This document shows, in pieces, positions 28,369 through 38,564 of a DNA stretch of 64,000 bases. Origin of the DNA: an uncultured Candidatus Saccharibacteria bacterium (GTDB taxonomy: Bacteria > Patescibacteriota > Saccharimonadia > Saccharimonadales > Saccharimonadaceae); assembly GCA_963546435.1 (NCBI GenBank), contig CAUUMU010000001.1, positions 231 through 64,230 on the forward strand. Direction: 5' to 3'. The position numbers and the translations under genes are program-made. Under the pieces are notes generated by a model that saw nothing but the letters and a program-made list of their open reading frames with translations, searched no databases and had not been told where the DNA came from. Positions within the stretch are counted from its first letter, which is position 1, and each line of letters opens with the position of its first letter.

Positions 28369-30174
28369 GGATTTTAACCTCCTTCCCGTGCGCACGTGTT
28401 AACCCATCTTTAGTTACTGCTATCGTTGATGAGCTGTTTCCCGTATCCTCGTCTTTTGTGGTGATTCGCATATTGCCCGCTCCCTCAATACTGTAAGGCG
28501 TTACTCCATCCAACCCGCTAATAACCGGCACCCAAGGAAACGCCTTAGATAGCGCTGGCGCTGTGCCTCTACGTCGCTGCGGTTCGTCACCAACCGTAAG
28601 AGTCCCATATCTTTTTTCCGCACAAGTGGATGACACGAGTTTAGTATGATCGTGTCTATCCCCAGCGTCTCTATCAGGCTACGCAGGCCTTCTTTATTGT
28701 ACCATTCCCGAGGATTGGGCGGTATCTTCTCGTCCGACGACATGAAAAAACGACTCTCAGAACCGTGACCAAACAGAACAAGCGTATCAAACGTATTGCT
28801 ATCGACACCAGCTCCTTTTAGCTTTTTTACTACACGAGACAGATCGCTCGTATGGCCTATTTCAACAGCAAATGTATCGGGGGATTCTATATCTCTATAC
28901 ACCATCGCGGCACCATTGTGATCTCCTGTAGCCCCTCTGACAATAATCGTCGCCGGATTACCGGATTCGGTACGTCCAGTTTCTAGTAGCTTCAGCGTAC
29001 CCTTCAAAGTCTCTGTACTCCAATCACCAAAATGAGTTATCCCAAGTTCTTTCTGCAGCTTTTTGGCGTTATCTAGTCCAACTCCGTCAATAGCTTTGCC
29101 CATATCGTCAACCCAATCACACCAACGGTAAACCATCGTATACTCATCATACCCCTTCCCTCTCCGATTAAACTCGGAAAGCTTCAGACCTGGCCAGCGC
29201 GCCGCAAAATATTCCCACACCATCCTATCATCTATCCATTCTCCCCTTCCATAGTACTCAATTACCAAGCGGTCGATACGGCTTACTGCATCTCCAGCAA
29301 GTACTTGACGCAGCGGCTCTGGAAAATCCTCTCGTTCTCTTGCATCTCGCGGCCAGTGGCACGGCGGAAAACCACGATCCTCCAACCACTCCATTGCCGT
29401 CTCGTAATCATATTTTGATTTTAATACTGTGACACTTCTAGCTACCTCACTGAGAGCCGCGTCCCTAAACTCCTCGGCCGCCCCTTCAGGCAATATCCCT
29501 TCGACTCTTATCAGTTTAGGTATTAAGCGCATATATTGCTGATATTCGCTGTTAGAACTATAGCGCCCGCAACTATCGGCCAAAGAGCGTGCTGAATTGA
29601 TCAGCTCCCGCATTACGTGACGCAGTTTATCGGTAAGTTTTGGCATGTGCTCACAATACTTCTCAGAGAACGCCGCAACATTATCTTGCGCTAGGCGTGA
29701 CAAAGTATCCCTAGCGTAAAACTGATTGTAGATTGGTGACTTTGGATTAAGCCAGTCATCATCCTCAATCAACTCTCTTAGATTAGGTACAAACTTCTCT
29801 ATTTCCTCATACTTACCGGATGTAAGCATGTACATAATATAAGGATCCTCATTCCCCATGAGAAGATCGGCGTAGAAATCACACCGCTCCTCAATCTCCT
29901 CAATTCTCTGCAGTGTTTCATCGTCAAGTGTTTCTGCTGTTTCTTCCGCACCATCAGAACTTTCACTATCAGTACCACTGTTGTCTCTGTTAGCTTGGCC
30001 GTCTTCGCCGCGCGCTATAAGCCGCAACGCCAAATTGCCCACAGCCTTTCTTATCCTACCCAAGAAGCCCGGTTTTTCGACTTTTGTTTTTAGCAGGAGA
30101 GATTTCTCATCAACCTGGGACGGGGGTGTCCCCTCGCCAGCAGCACTAATGTTAGTCGTATTTGTTTCGGTCAT
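28361..30174 (-). pseudogene. large hypothetical protein interrupted by an apparent 1-nt frameshift
   Basis: One extra A in the A6 run (plus 28612-28617) joins ORF 28501-30174 to frame 28361-28636; promoter TTGACA-N17-TACTAT at 30185-30213. Confidence 0.55.
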
Positions 30175-30262
30175 TACTAGTTGCATAGTAGCATAATATA
30201 TCAATAATGTCAACTGGCGCTATCCTTGCCCACAGCTTACGCCAGTACCGCCCCTAGATAAG

Positions 30263-31522
30263 CTACACGCGCAGCTTCTTGATCACCGCCCCGAACCAGC
30301 GTGCGCTTGGCCGTACCGTCCGGGCCATGGTCTGCCGATCGACTGCCACCAGACCAAACTTTGGCCAGTATCCCTTGTCCCATTCAAAATTATCGAGCAG
30401 GCTCCAGTGTAAATAACCGATTAGCTTAATATCACGCTTCAGCGCCTCGTGCATCGCCTTGATCGTCTCGGTCAGCCACCACTGCCGCTGACTATCAGAG
30501 CCGTCTGCCAGCCCATTCTCGGTAATCATAATCGGCAACCGATAGCGCTCGGCAACATCCTCCAGCAGGTATTGCAGCTTATCCGGCTGCATATCCCAGC
30601 CAAGATCGCTGACCTTCAGATACGGGTCATGCGCCCGATAGCCATAAATCCGCCGCGCAAAGTAATAGTTGATCGCCAAGAAATCACTGTGCCGCCGCAC
30701 TCGACGCAGCACCCATGTGTTCAGGAAATAATGTGCCACCCGCGCACTAGCTCGGCTGAGAATCGCATCATCGCCAGGATAGCAATAGATCAGATGATGC
30801 GCCATCGACACTTTCCACTTTTTGCGAGCACGCGTCAATTTGTAAACTTTTTTGTGCGCCGCAACGAGGTTATAGAGCACACGCAGCATATCACGCTTAC
30901 GGGCTTTATTCGGCGGCCAATGTCCCTCGAGGTAACTCTCGCCGGCATACACGGTCGGCTCGTTAATGGTCACGATCCACTCGATATCGCGCCCCAGCTC
31001 GCTCAAGACTTTCTCGACATAATACACGAAATATTTGATGTTACGCCGCTTTTCAAAACCACCCTTGGCCATAAACCACTCCGGCAGCGTAAAGTGAAAC
31101 AGCGTCACCACCGGCGTAATACCCATTTTCTTCAACGTCCGCAGATACGTCCGATAGTGAGCAATCGCCGCTGCATCCCACGCGCCCTCTTGCGGCTCGA
31201 TTCGTGCCCATTCAATGCAGAACCGAAAGGCATTCATGTTGAGACTCTTGAGAATCGCGAAATCTTCCTCGTAGCGGTGATAATGATCAACACCCCGCCC
31301 CGACACGTAGTTGTCTGGCCTGGTCGCCTCTTTTTTGATGCGCGGCCAGCTGTCAATATCACCAAATTGATGCGGTGCTTGCACGGATAGCCGCTTGGCA
31401 TGCTCAAGCTCCCACGTCGTCCACTGATTCACCAGGCCACCCTCGACCTGATGTGCCGACGTCGCTGCACCCCATAAAAACTTCTTTGGAAACACGATGC
31501 GTTCAGATTGCTTCGTTGTCAT
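30263..31522 (-). CDS. glycoside hydrolase family 1
   Basis: FLWGAATSAHQVEG, TLFHF, catalytic NEP and ITENG, WSLLDNFEW. Confidence 0.95.
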   Translation of the reverse strand: MTTKQSERIVFPKKFLWGAATSAHQVEGGLVNQWTTWELEHAKRLSVQAPHQFGDIDSWPRIKKEATRPDNYVSGRGVDHYHRYEEDFAILKSLNMNAFRFCIEWARIEPQEGAWDAAAIAHYRTYLRTLKKMGITPVVTLFHFTLPEWFMAKGGFEKRRNIKYFVYYVEKVLSELGRDIEWIVTINEPTVYAGESYLEGHWPPNKARKRDMLRVLYNLVAAHKKVYKLTRARKKWKVSMAHHLIYCYPGDDAILSRASARVAHYFLNTWVLRRVRRHSDFLAINYYFARRIYGYRAHDPYLKVSDLGWDMQPDKLQYLLEDVAERYRLPIMITENGLADGSDSQRQWWLTETIKAMHEALKRDIKLIGYLHWSLLDNFEWDKGYWPKFGLVAVDRQTMARTVRPSARWFGAVIKKLRV

Positions 31523-31567
31523 CAAAATATATTATACCAAGTTATCAGCTCATCTACCAGCCCGGGG

Positions 31568-33079
31568 CTACTGCACCACATCCTCCCCAAAATGTTTCTG
31601 CAGCCGCATCCTAATCGACCCTTCGTGGCGGCCAAGTTGTTGACTAAGCTGCTGAATAGTTGCGCCCTGTAGGAACTCCTGTTTGAGGGTGTCGTCGTCG
31701 GCTTTTTCCCACGGCATGTAGGCTTTGGGATAGGTTTCGCGCATTTTGGCAATTTTTTGCTGCCAGCTAGCGGATTTGCCGGATTTTTTCGGCGCTGGCT
31801 GTTTTCGCTTCATCTCCTCCAACATCGGACGATAGTGCTTGGTCGCTTCACTACTTGCCCGCTGCAACACTTCATCAATCGCCAGTGCATCCGGCGAAAT
31901 TTCCAACGCCTTGCGGTTAATGCCGTAAAGATACAAATTGTCAAGATCCCGCACCCGGCTCAAGGCCACGTAACCCATACCCTCAACAAACGCTTTTCTC
32001 AGGTCAATTTTTGCCGCGTCCAGCGTCATGCCTTGGCTTTTATGCACGGTGATAGCCCACGCCAGGCGCAGTGGCACCTGGGAAATGCTAGCGCGCTTGC
32101 GCTCACCGTCACGCAGCTCCCATACATCCGGCACCATGGTCACCTGCTGGCCACTGCGAAACTCCACGATCGGATAATCGGTCAGCGGCTCAAAATCCAC
32201 CACCGTACCAATGCTGCCATTGGCGTACAATTTCTGCGGCGAATTTTTCACCGCCATCACCAACGCACCTGGTTTCAACACCAGTTCACTCGGCGCCAGC
32301 ACCGACCGCTGCAAGTTCTCGACGTACACTTTCGAGCCAGTCGTCGTCTGCTGATACGTCCGCGCCTCGCCTACTAGCTCAGCCAATTTCTGACTATTGA
32401 TGGCGTCAGCATCAACATTGACGGTGTGTAGTTCGGTGATATCACTATCGGGCGGCTGAACTTCCGTTCGCGCCAGCAACATCTCAGCATGATGCCGCCT
32501 AATATCGTCATGTCTCAGTGCCGTTAAAATCTCCAGCAGCTGCTCGTCATTTTGCCGATATTGCCGTTCCAAATACAACACCGCCGGCCGTAATTCCTGC
32601 CACGCTTCCGAATACACCACAAAACCGCCGCCCTGCTCGCCCGGACGATTGATCGGCGGCAATTGGAAAAAATCGCCACTCATCACCAGCTGCACACCAC
32701 CAAACGGCTGGTCGTTTTCCCTGACGCCGCGCAGCACCCGATCGACCATGTCCAGCCGAAAATCATGCAACATAGAAATCTCGTCAATCACCAACACATC
32801 AGTCTTGGTAATCACCTCACGCCGCGTTTTTGACAGTCGATCAAAAAAGTTGTTCGGGAGGTGATCGCTAACGCCAATGCCGCTCCAACTGTGAATGGTA
32901 TTGCCGCCTAAATGCGTCGCCGCCAAGCCCGTCGTCGCTGTTACCGACACCTTTTTACCCTGGTCACGCGCCTGTGCAATAAAAGTGTTCAACAGGTGCG
33001 TCTTGCCCGTCCCAGCCGCACCGGTCAGCAGCGCCGACCGACCGCTCATCAAAATCGCCAGCGCCAATTCTTGATCCAT
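31568..33079 (-). CDS. PIF1-family helicase
   Basis: GAAGTGKT, DEISM, PFGG, GDFFQLPP, AITVHKSQG, YVALSR. Confidence 0.92.
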   Translation of the reverse strand: MDQELALAILMSGRSALLTGAAGTGKTHLLNTFIAQARDQGKKVSVTATTGLAATHLGGNTIHSWSGIGVSDHLPNNFFDRLSKTRREVITKTDVLVIDEISMLHDFRLDMVDRVLRGVRENDQPFGGVQLVMSGDFFQLPPINRPGEQGGGFVVYSEAWQELRPAVLYLERQYRQNDEQLLEILTALRHDDIRRHHAEMLLARTEVQPPDSDITELHTVNVDADAINSQKLAELVGEARTYQQTTTGSKVYVENLQRSVLAPSELVLKPGALVMAVKNSPQKLYANGSIGTVVDFEPLTDYPIVEFRSGQQVTMVPDVWELRDGERKRASISQVPLRLAWAITVHKSQGMTLDAAKIDLRKAFVEGMGYVALSRVRDLDNLYLYGINRKALEISPDALAIDEVLQRASSEATKHYRPMLEEMKRKQPAPKKSGKSASWQQKIAKMRETYPKAYMPWEKADDDTLKQEFLQGATIQQLSQQLGRHEGSIRMRLQKHFGEDVVQ

Positions 33080-33081
33080 AG

Positions 33082-34059
33082 TTAACCTCGCGGCGGTTCG
33101 CCCTCAGGCTCGCCCAGCAGCTTTTTCGACTTAATTTCGTAGCGTTTGCCGGTAATTTTACTCTCAATGTAGTCCTCGTTAATCAAGTTCACAAACATAT
33201 CCAAATCATTACCATCCATAATGATGATCGCGCCATTATCATCACTCATCAGCTCCAGCTGCATCTCGTCAGCATAGTCCAGCACCTGCTCTTGTTTGAC
33301 CTCGCCGATCTCCAATTTCTGTAGTTTATTGATGGTCTTTTTGCGCTCCTTGACCAGCGCATTCAGATCCAAGCCCTCTGGGAAGCTCAACTTATATTCC
33401 TTTTCAATCTCCGCCACTTTCTTATCGGCAATCACCTGCTTCTTATACTCATAGCCAAACATCCGCTCGAACTTGCCTGGATTAAAGGCGAAAATATCCT
33501 GACCGATGATCAGTACCTGGTTGTCATCTGGCACCTTAAAGCCGACTTCCGCCTTAAATGCGCCAAACTTGCCGTCAGAAAACTCCCACGCCAGTGCACT
33601 TTTGAGTGTCTGCCCCTGCTGAATTAACTTAGCGGTGTAAAAGATTTTTTCTGGATCATTCGGGTCAGTAAACCGCGCTATCACGCCCTTCATCCGCTTG
33701 AACTCGTGCTCGGTTTCCGAAAACTCCACAATGTCGCCGCGCTCATGTTCAATCAAATGAATCAAGGTTTCCGCCCGGCCAACCTTGTCGAGGTCTGTGC
33801 GCAGTAGCACATTGTCTTCCGCTTCGCTCAGTTCATAATCCCGCACGCTAAGGCCAGTGCCAGCGCCCAAATTGACTTGATTGATATAATCAAACAAAAA
33901 TAATGGCCGGAGCTGCTGCTCGACATCGCCCTTCAGGGGCATAAAATACGGCGTGTAATTTTTATTAAATAAAAACAGCTCAATCTGTAGATCATTCTTT
34001 TTTGCATCAGTCTGATTGGCCCACAAAAAAATATCAGTCGTTTCCCTCACTTCTTCCAT
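33082..34059 (-). CDS. DUF4868 (KwaB-like) protein
   Basis: 325-aa acidic protein; IFAFNPGKFERMFGY and C-terminal NEDY..SKITG resemble DUF4868, recalled not searched. Confidence 0.55.
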   Translation of the reverse strand: MEEVRETTDIFLWANQTDAKKNDLQIELFLFNKNYTPYFMPLKGDVEQQLRPLFLFDYINQVNLGAGTGLSVRDYELSEAEDNVLLRTDLDKVGRAETLIHLIEHERGDIVEFSETEHEFKRMKGVIARFTDPNDPEKIFYTAKLIQQGQTLKSALAWEFSDGKFGAFKAEVGFKVPDDNQVLIIGQDIFAFNPGKFERMFGYEYKKQVIADKKVAEIEKEYKLSFPEGLDLNALVKERKKTINKLQKLEIGEVKQEQVLDYADEMQLELMSDDNGAIIIMDGNDLDMFVNLINEDYIESKITGKRYEIKSKKLLGEPEGEPPRG

Positions 34060-34104
34060 GAGGGTAATTATAGCAATTTTTGACCCAAGTAGCTAGATTG
34101 ATGC

Positions 34105-34614
34105 TTATCCAAAAATTCGGTTACCAATTTTACGTCGCGCCTGCGCTAGTAACTTAGATCCAAACACTAATTCGTGTGGATTATTAAAACGCTCCAATTT
34201 TTCCGGACTCCCTGTCAATAGAATACCAAGCGCCAATGCGGCCATTTCCAAGCACCGGTCTGTCTCTTGGCGCCCAAAAATTGACTCTAATCGCTCAGTT
34301 CCATCAATCTGACCGACTACGAAACCCAATTTATCGTTCTTTGCTGTTGGCGTATTCCATCCTGATACCGTACCCGTCTCTGAATACATTTCAGGCGGCA
34401 ATCGCATAAGCTTATCTTCAGTTGGACCAACTTTAGCTGCTAATGTATCATGAAGACCACCATCGCTCACGCCCCCCCTAACACACAGAAAATCACCCTT
34501 GCATTCCATTGCAGTTATTACACCAATCCTCGCCATCGAGGGCAGCTCGGGGAACTCAAAGAAAGTTGTTAAATCAAATTGAACATGCTGCGGCATTTTA
34601 TCTTTATAGAACAT
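34105..34614 (-). CDS. hypothetical protein
   Basis: 169-aa ORF with TTGACA..TAGTAT promoter. Confidence 0.65.
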   Translation of the reverse strand: MFYKDKMPQHVQFDLTTFFEFPELPSMARIGVITAMECKGDFLCVRGGVSDGGLHDTLAAKVGPTEDKLMRLPPEMYSETGTVSGWNTPTAKNDKLGFVVGQIDGTERLESIFGRQETDRCLEMAALALGILLTGSPEKLERFNNPHELVFGSKLLAQARRKIGNRIFG

Positions 34615-34649
34615 GTGTTGATACTACCATATTTTTATATTATTGTCAA

Positions 34650-35069
34650 TTATAGCCGCTCGCCTAGCCGTGCCCGATTGGCCCACTCATCCGCCAGCTC
34701 ATTCCCCTCGTCACCTTCATGGCCGCGCACCCAGCGCAAATCTGCTTGAGAATTTGAATATAGCTCATACAGTTCTTGGACAATATCCAGATTCTTAATC
34801 TCACCACCCTTCTTCGTCCAGCCGCGCTGCTGCCAGCCTGATGCCCACTTGGTCACCACGTTGATCCAAAACTCGCTGTCAGTATAAATCACGCACGGCG
34901 CCTCGTCCGCGTCCCGAAGCGCCGCAATCAGCGCCTTGCCTTCCATGCGAATATTGGTCGTCTCGCCATCCTCTGATCCTAAGATCCACGGCTGGAGGTC
35001 ACGAATCACCGCAAAGCCACCCGGGCCAGGATTTGGCGAAGCAGAACCGTCGGTATAGTAGATTATCAT
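34650..35069 (-). CDS. rnhA: ribonuclease HI
   Basis: YTDGSASPNPGPGG, TNIRME, YTDS, WVRGH..NELAD. Confidence 0.95.
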   Translation of the reverse strand: MIIYYTDGSASPNPGPGGFAVIRDLQPWILGSEDGETTNIRMEGKALIAALRDADEAPCVIYTDSEFWINVVTKWASGWQQRGWTKKGGEIKNLDIVQELYELYSNSQADLRWVRGHEGDEGNELADEWANRARLGERL

Positions 35070-35096
35070 ACCCTGATTATACATAGTTTGCCCGAC

Positions 35097-36779
35097 CTAG
35101 GCGAGTTCATGCTGCAGGAAATACCATAAATCCTCTAAAAATGCATCACGCGCCGTGATTGAACGCTCGTTTACCATCAGATCATGGCTAGCATAGTCGC
35201 GCCGCTGATGGATCTGCTTGAGCAGCTGAGACATCGTTTGAGCAATGAAATGTTTCTCCTTATCAGGGACTGGGCGTTTCCGCTCTAACTGACGAATATA
35301 TTTATAAATAATGTGCGCCACTTCCCCCGTTCGTGAGCGCTGCCGCTCGGCCTTGGTGACAAACTGCACTTCGACCGGTACGCCCTTGTCTAGCTCTGGA
35401 TGATCCATCAAAAAGGTCACTTTAGAAACCTGATATTTCTGACCGCGCCGCTGCACACTTTCATCATCCTGGACCACAAACTCGCAGCGCCCTATATCAA
35501 ACCCGCGTTGCTCCATCTCCTGGCGCACGGTAGTAACATAATCCACCGTACCATGGACACAAATGGCACTGGATTTACTGGCGGCCCTTTTTAAATGAAG
35601 CGCCGGAGTTATATCAATCCGCTCCAAAAACTTCACAAAATCATGCGCCTGATCCTCTACCGTATCTGATATAACAGTCAGGCCGAGCACGTCCATCGGC
35701 GTATACTCCGGTTTGCCATTCTGGCGAGCTTCATGCACCTTGGCTGCCCACGACCCCACGGTTTTCAGGCGATATTTTCCCTCTACTTCCTTACCGTTTT
35801 GTGCCAAGAAATCTCCAATGTGAATCGACCGATTCGGGCATGATTCTTCGCTACGCGGACCGACCACTGCTTCAGTCACAACCTCCTCAGTACCAAAAAT
35901 TGTATTAACTAAATTGCGGACACCAACCTGGCGAATTGTCTCATACTGCTCGCGGATCTCCTCGACGAGCTTACGTTTACCCTGCCCCTTCAGCCGAATG
36001 ATATGTGCCTGTGAACGCAGGCTTGCCGCCAACCCATCAAATCCCATCACTTCACACAGCGGTGCATAGAATGACTCCGCCTCCAAGACATCCTGTAATT
36101 TAGCAGACTCACGTGATGATGACGGATGGCACATATTATCAAGTAGCTCACAGGCCTTGATGATCACCGCCTCGATATTGGTCTTATCCAAAAACTCAGC
36201 CATCTGCTCCACATCAACAAATGGCTCGATCTGCCGCCATGCTTCAGCCGGTACCGAACCTTCGTAACGATCCGTGATAATCTCTCTGATATTTTCAGGA
36301 ATAGTATTAGCCACCTTTAGTCGGTGCCGGCCAGAAGCCTCTTCTACTAGAATAAAGTCCGCTAGTAGTGACGCTACATATGCACCCTGCTCGCGCGTCA
36401 TCCCAGTTCCAGGATTCGTAAATACATCGGCCAGAACCAAGCCAGCCGCCTGTCGACGCTCCGGCGTGCACTTCTGGCTGTCTCTGTTGTGAAAGCGGTC
36501 GACCACATCATGCAGCAGCACGGCATGAATCGCCTCGGGCGGTAGTTTCAAACCGGCAAACTCCTCCACCAGCTTCATCGTTCGCTCAGCATGCGCCGCC
36601 AAATCCTCTCGTTCCTTCACGCCTTCACCCCTAAAATACTCCTCAAGTGCCGACTGAAAAGGAAACTCGAGGGATGGACGCTCAAGGTCGATCATTTCTT
36701 CAAATTTTTGCGGTGCGCCTGGCTCTCGCTTCTCATCGCATGAAGGATATAATTCACTCATAATCCAGTCCGTTGTCAA
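35097..36779 (-). CDS. divergent RelA/SpoT-like protein (HD plus synthetase-like, no regulatory C-terminus)
   Basis: LLHDVVD, IKACELLDNM, FYAPL, RLKTVGS, DVLGL, VEVQFVT, GEVAHIIYK. Confidence 0.65.
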   Translation of the reverse strand: MTTDWIMSELYPSCDEKREPGAPQKFEEMIDLERPSLEFPFQSALEEYFRGEGVKEREDLAAHAERTMKLVEEFAGLKLPPEAIHAVLLHDVVDRFHNRDSQKCTPERRQAAGLVLADVFTNPGTGMTREQGAYVASLLADFILVEEASGRHRLKVANTIPENIREIITDRYEGSVPAEAWRQIEPFVDVEQMAEFLDKTNIEAVIIKACELLDNMCHPSSSRESAKLQDVLEAESFYAPLCEVMGFDGLAASLRSQAHIIRLKGQGKRKLVEEIREQYETIRQVGVRNLVNTIFGTEEVVTEAVVGPRSEESCPNRSIHIGDFLAQNGKEVEGKYRLKTVGSWAAKVHEARQNGKPEYTPMDVLGLTVISDTVEDQAHDFVKFLERIDITPALHLKRAASKSSAICVHGTVDYVTTVRQEMEQRGFDIGRCEFVVQDDESVQRRGQKYQVSKVTFLMDHPELDKGVPVEVQFVTKAERQRSRTGEVAHIIYKYIRQLERKRPVPDKEKHFIAQTMSQLLKQIHQRRDYASHDLMVNERSITARDAFLEDLWYFLQHELA

Positions 36780-36808
36780 ACTGGGCTATTATAACAGATG
36801 ATGTATAT

Positions 36809-37969
36809 TTAGTCAATAAAATAGGTGCCGGCGTCAGGATACGCATTGTACTGTTTCAGCGACATACTCTGGCAATACGCCCCCGCGTCAAAGATCACTA
36901 GCTTATCGCCGATCTCCGCCCGGGCCAGCTGCCGCGATGCGAGATTCTCTGGATTGCTGGGCGCTGGTGTCAGGATATCGCCCGTCTCGCAGCAGTGCCC
37001 CACCACGATGTACTCTCGCTGCTCCTCGCGACCCGCGAGTACCATCATCTCGTGCTGCGCGCCATACATCCCTGGCCGCGTGATGTCATTCATGCCGGTA
37101 TTAAGGCGCAAAAACGTGTGACCATCTGCACCAGTATCAACGATGTCCACTACCTCCGCAACCAGTACGCCAGCATGTGCCACTAGCCACGTTCCTGGCT
37201 CAACTTCTAAATGCAGTTGCCGCCCGGTTTCCTCGGCAAACTGAGATAGTTTTTGAGAAAACACTTCGCAAATTGCTGCTAGATCCGCCTCCTGCTCATC
37301 CCCAAACCGATGCACTTTAAAGCCACCGCCAATATCTAAACTGGTCACATCCGGCAGTCGCCCAACAAGTGCCAGGGCTGCGTCCATTGCCTCGCCCCAC
37401 AACCGCGGATCAGCACCCGAGCCAATGTGAATGTGCAGCCGATCAATCGTCATACCGTGACGCCTCGCCAGCCCCAGTGCCTGCTCGGTATAGGCATGCC
37501 ACAGCCCAAAACTAGAATTAACCCCACCGGTCATCGTCCGGTTATTATGCCCCGAGCCCATACCAGGATTGAGCCGCAGGCCCACCGTATCCGGTCGACA
37601 CGAACTCGCCGCAAACAACTCTAATTGGTGAAGCGACGTCGCCACGTAACGCACGCCAGCTTGGAGCAGTTCATCGAGGTTGTGCGCCGGCTGCTGGCTG
37701 GAGAGGCTGATCGTTGGGCCGCTCACTCCCTGCTCAAGCAGCAGCGCCGCCTCGTAGCTTGAACTCACATCAAACTGCAACCCCAACTTATCAAATAATC
37801 GTATAATCTCGGGGTGCGAATTTGCCTTGGCCGCGTAACGCACCGTCAAGCCGAACGGCACCTGGCACGCCAGCGCCTGCTGGACCCGCTCACGTAGCAT
37901 CCGCCTTGAATATACAAAACTCGGCGTATCAAGCACTTCAGGCAGTTGATCAATTGGAAAGTTCATCAT
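36809..37969 (-). CDS. lysA: diaminopimelate decarboxylase-family PLP enzyme
   Basis: YAAKAN, HIHIGSG, DIGGG, EPG, CETGD, AGAY. Confidence 0.8.
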   Translation of the reverse strand: MMNFPIDQLPEVLDTPSFVYSRRMLRERVQQALACQVPFGLTVRYAAKANSHPEIIRLFDKLGLQFDVSSSYEAALLLEQGVSGPTISLSSQQPAHNLDELLQAGVRYVATSLHQLELFAASSCRPDTVGLRLNPGMGSGHNNRTMTGGVNSSFGLWHAYTEQALGLARRHGMTIDRLHIHIGSGADPRLWGEAMDAALALVGRLPDVTSLDIGGGFKVHRFGDEQEADLAAICEVFSQKLSQFAEETGRQLHLEVEPGTWLVAHAGVLVAEVVDIVDTGADGHTFLRLNTGMNDITRPGMYGAQHEMMVLAGREEQREYIVVGHCCETGDILTPAPSNPENLASRQLARAEIGDKLVIFDAGAYCQSMSLKQYNAYPDAGTYFID

Positions 37970-38564
37970 TGCCAATTATACCAGGAATCTGGCTCAATGC
38001 TGTCGCTACTGGCCACGCTGGATGCTCTGGCGCCGCAATGCCGTTATATTCTGCCGTTTGAATAAACCGCACATTATCAGGTAGATCATCGCCAATTGGC
38101 TTATCATCAACCATCCATACCTCACCAGTCGGACACTGCTCGCGGAAATAATCGCCTTTCGACTGCAGTGTGGTAATAATCTCTGCCTCCTTAAGCGACG
38201 GACATAGCGCCGCCTTGAACCGCTGGTAGTTTGCTGGCCCATAGGTCAAGACATGCACCGTTCCGCGCTGCTTGGCCCACGTCACCAACTCAGCCACCCC
38301 GTCGTACTCCATTCGCCCATCAGCCAACGTCGACTGAAGCAGGAACAAGAACGCCTCCTTTTCATCCAGTCCCGCCGCCCGCACATGCGCCGCAAAATCA
38401 TAATAATACGCCGTCTCAGTGCGCACATGAAAGTCAGTCCGCCGCGCCAGCTCTGCTTTACTATCAATACCAAACTGCCGCCCAAGCAGCCCCCACTCCG
38501 CCTCGTCCAGCTCACTTGTCCGAAACAAGGTGCGATCAAGATCAAGAAACACCCTCAAACTCAT
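37950..38564 (-). CDS. HAD-superfamily hydrolase
   Basis: DLDRTL motif I; VDD motif. Confidence 0.7.
   Translation of the reverse strand: MSLRVFLDLDRTLFRTSELDEAEWGLLGRQFGIDSKAELARRTDFHVRTETAYYYDFAAHVRAAGLDEKEAFLFLLQSTLADGRMEYDGVAELVTWAKQRGTVHVLTYGPANYQRFKAALCPSLKEAEIITTLQSKGDYFREQCPTGEVWMVDDKPIGDDLPDNVRFIQTAEYNGIAAPEHPAWPVATALSQIPGIIGNDELSN

Noticed and set aside
30449..31390. Long antisense ORFs (also 4250-4843, 42958-43617, 55495-56658)
   Set aside because: Shadows of well-supported genes on the opposite strand
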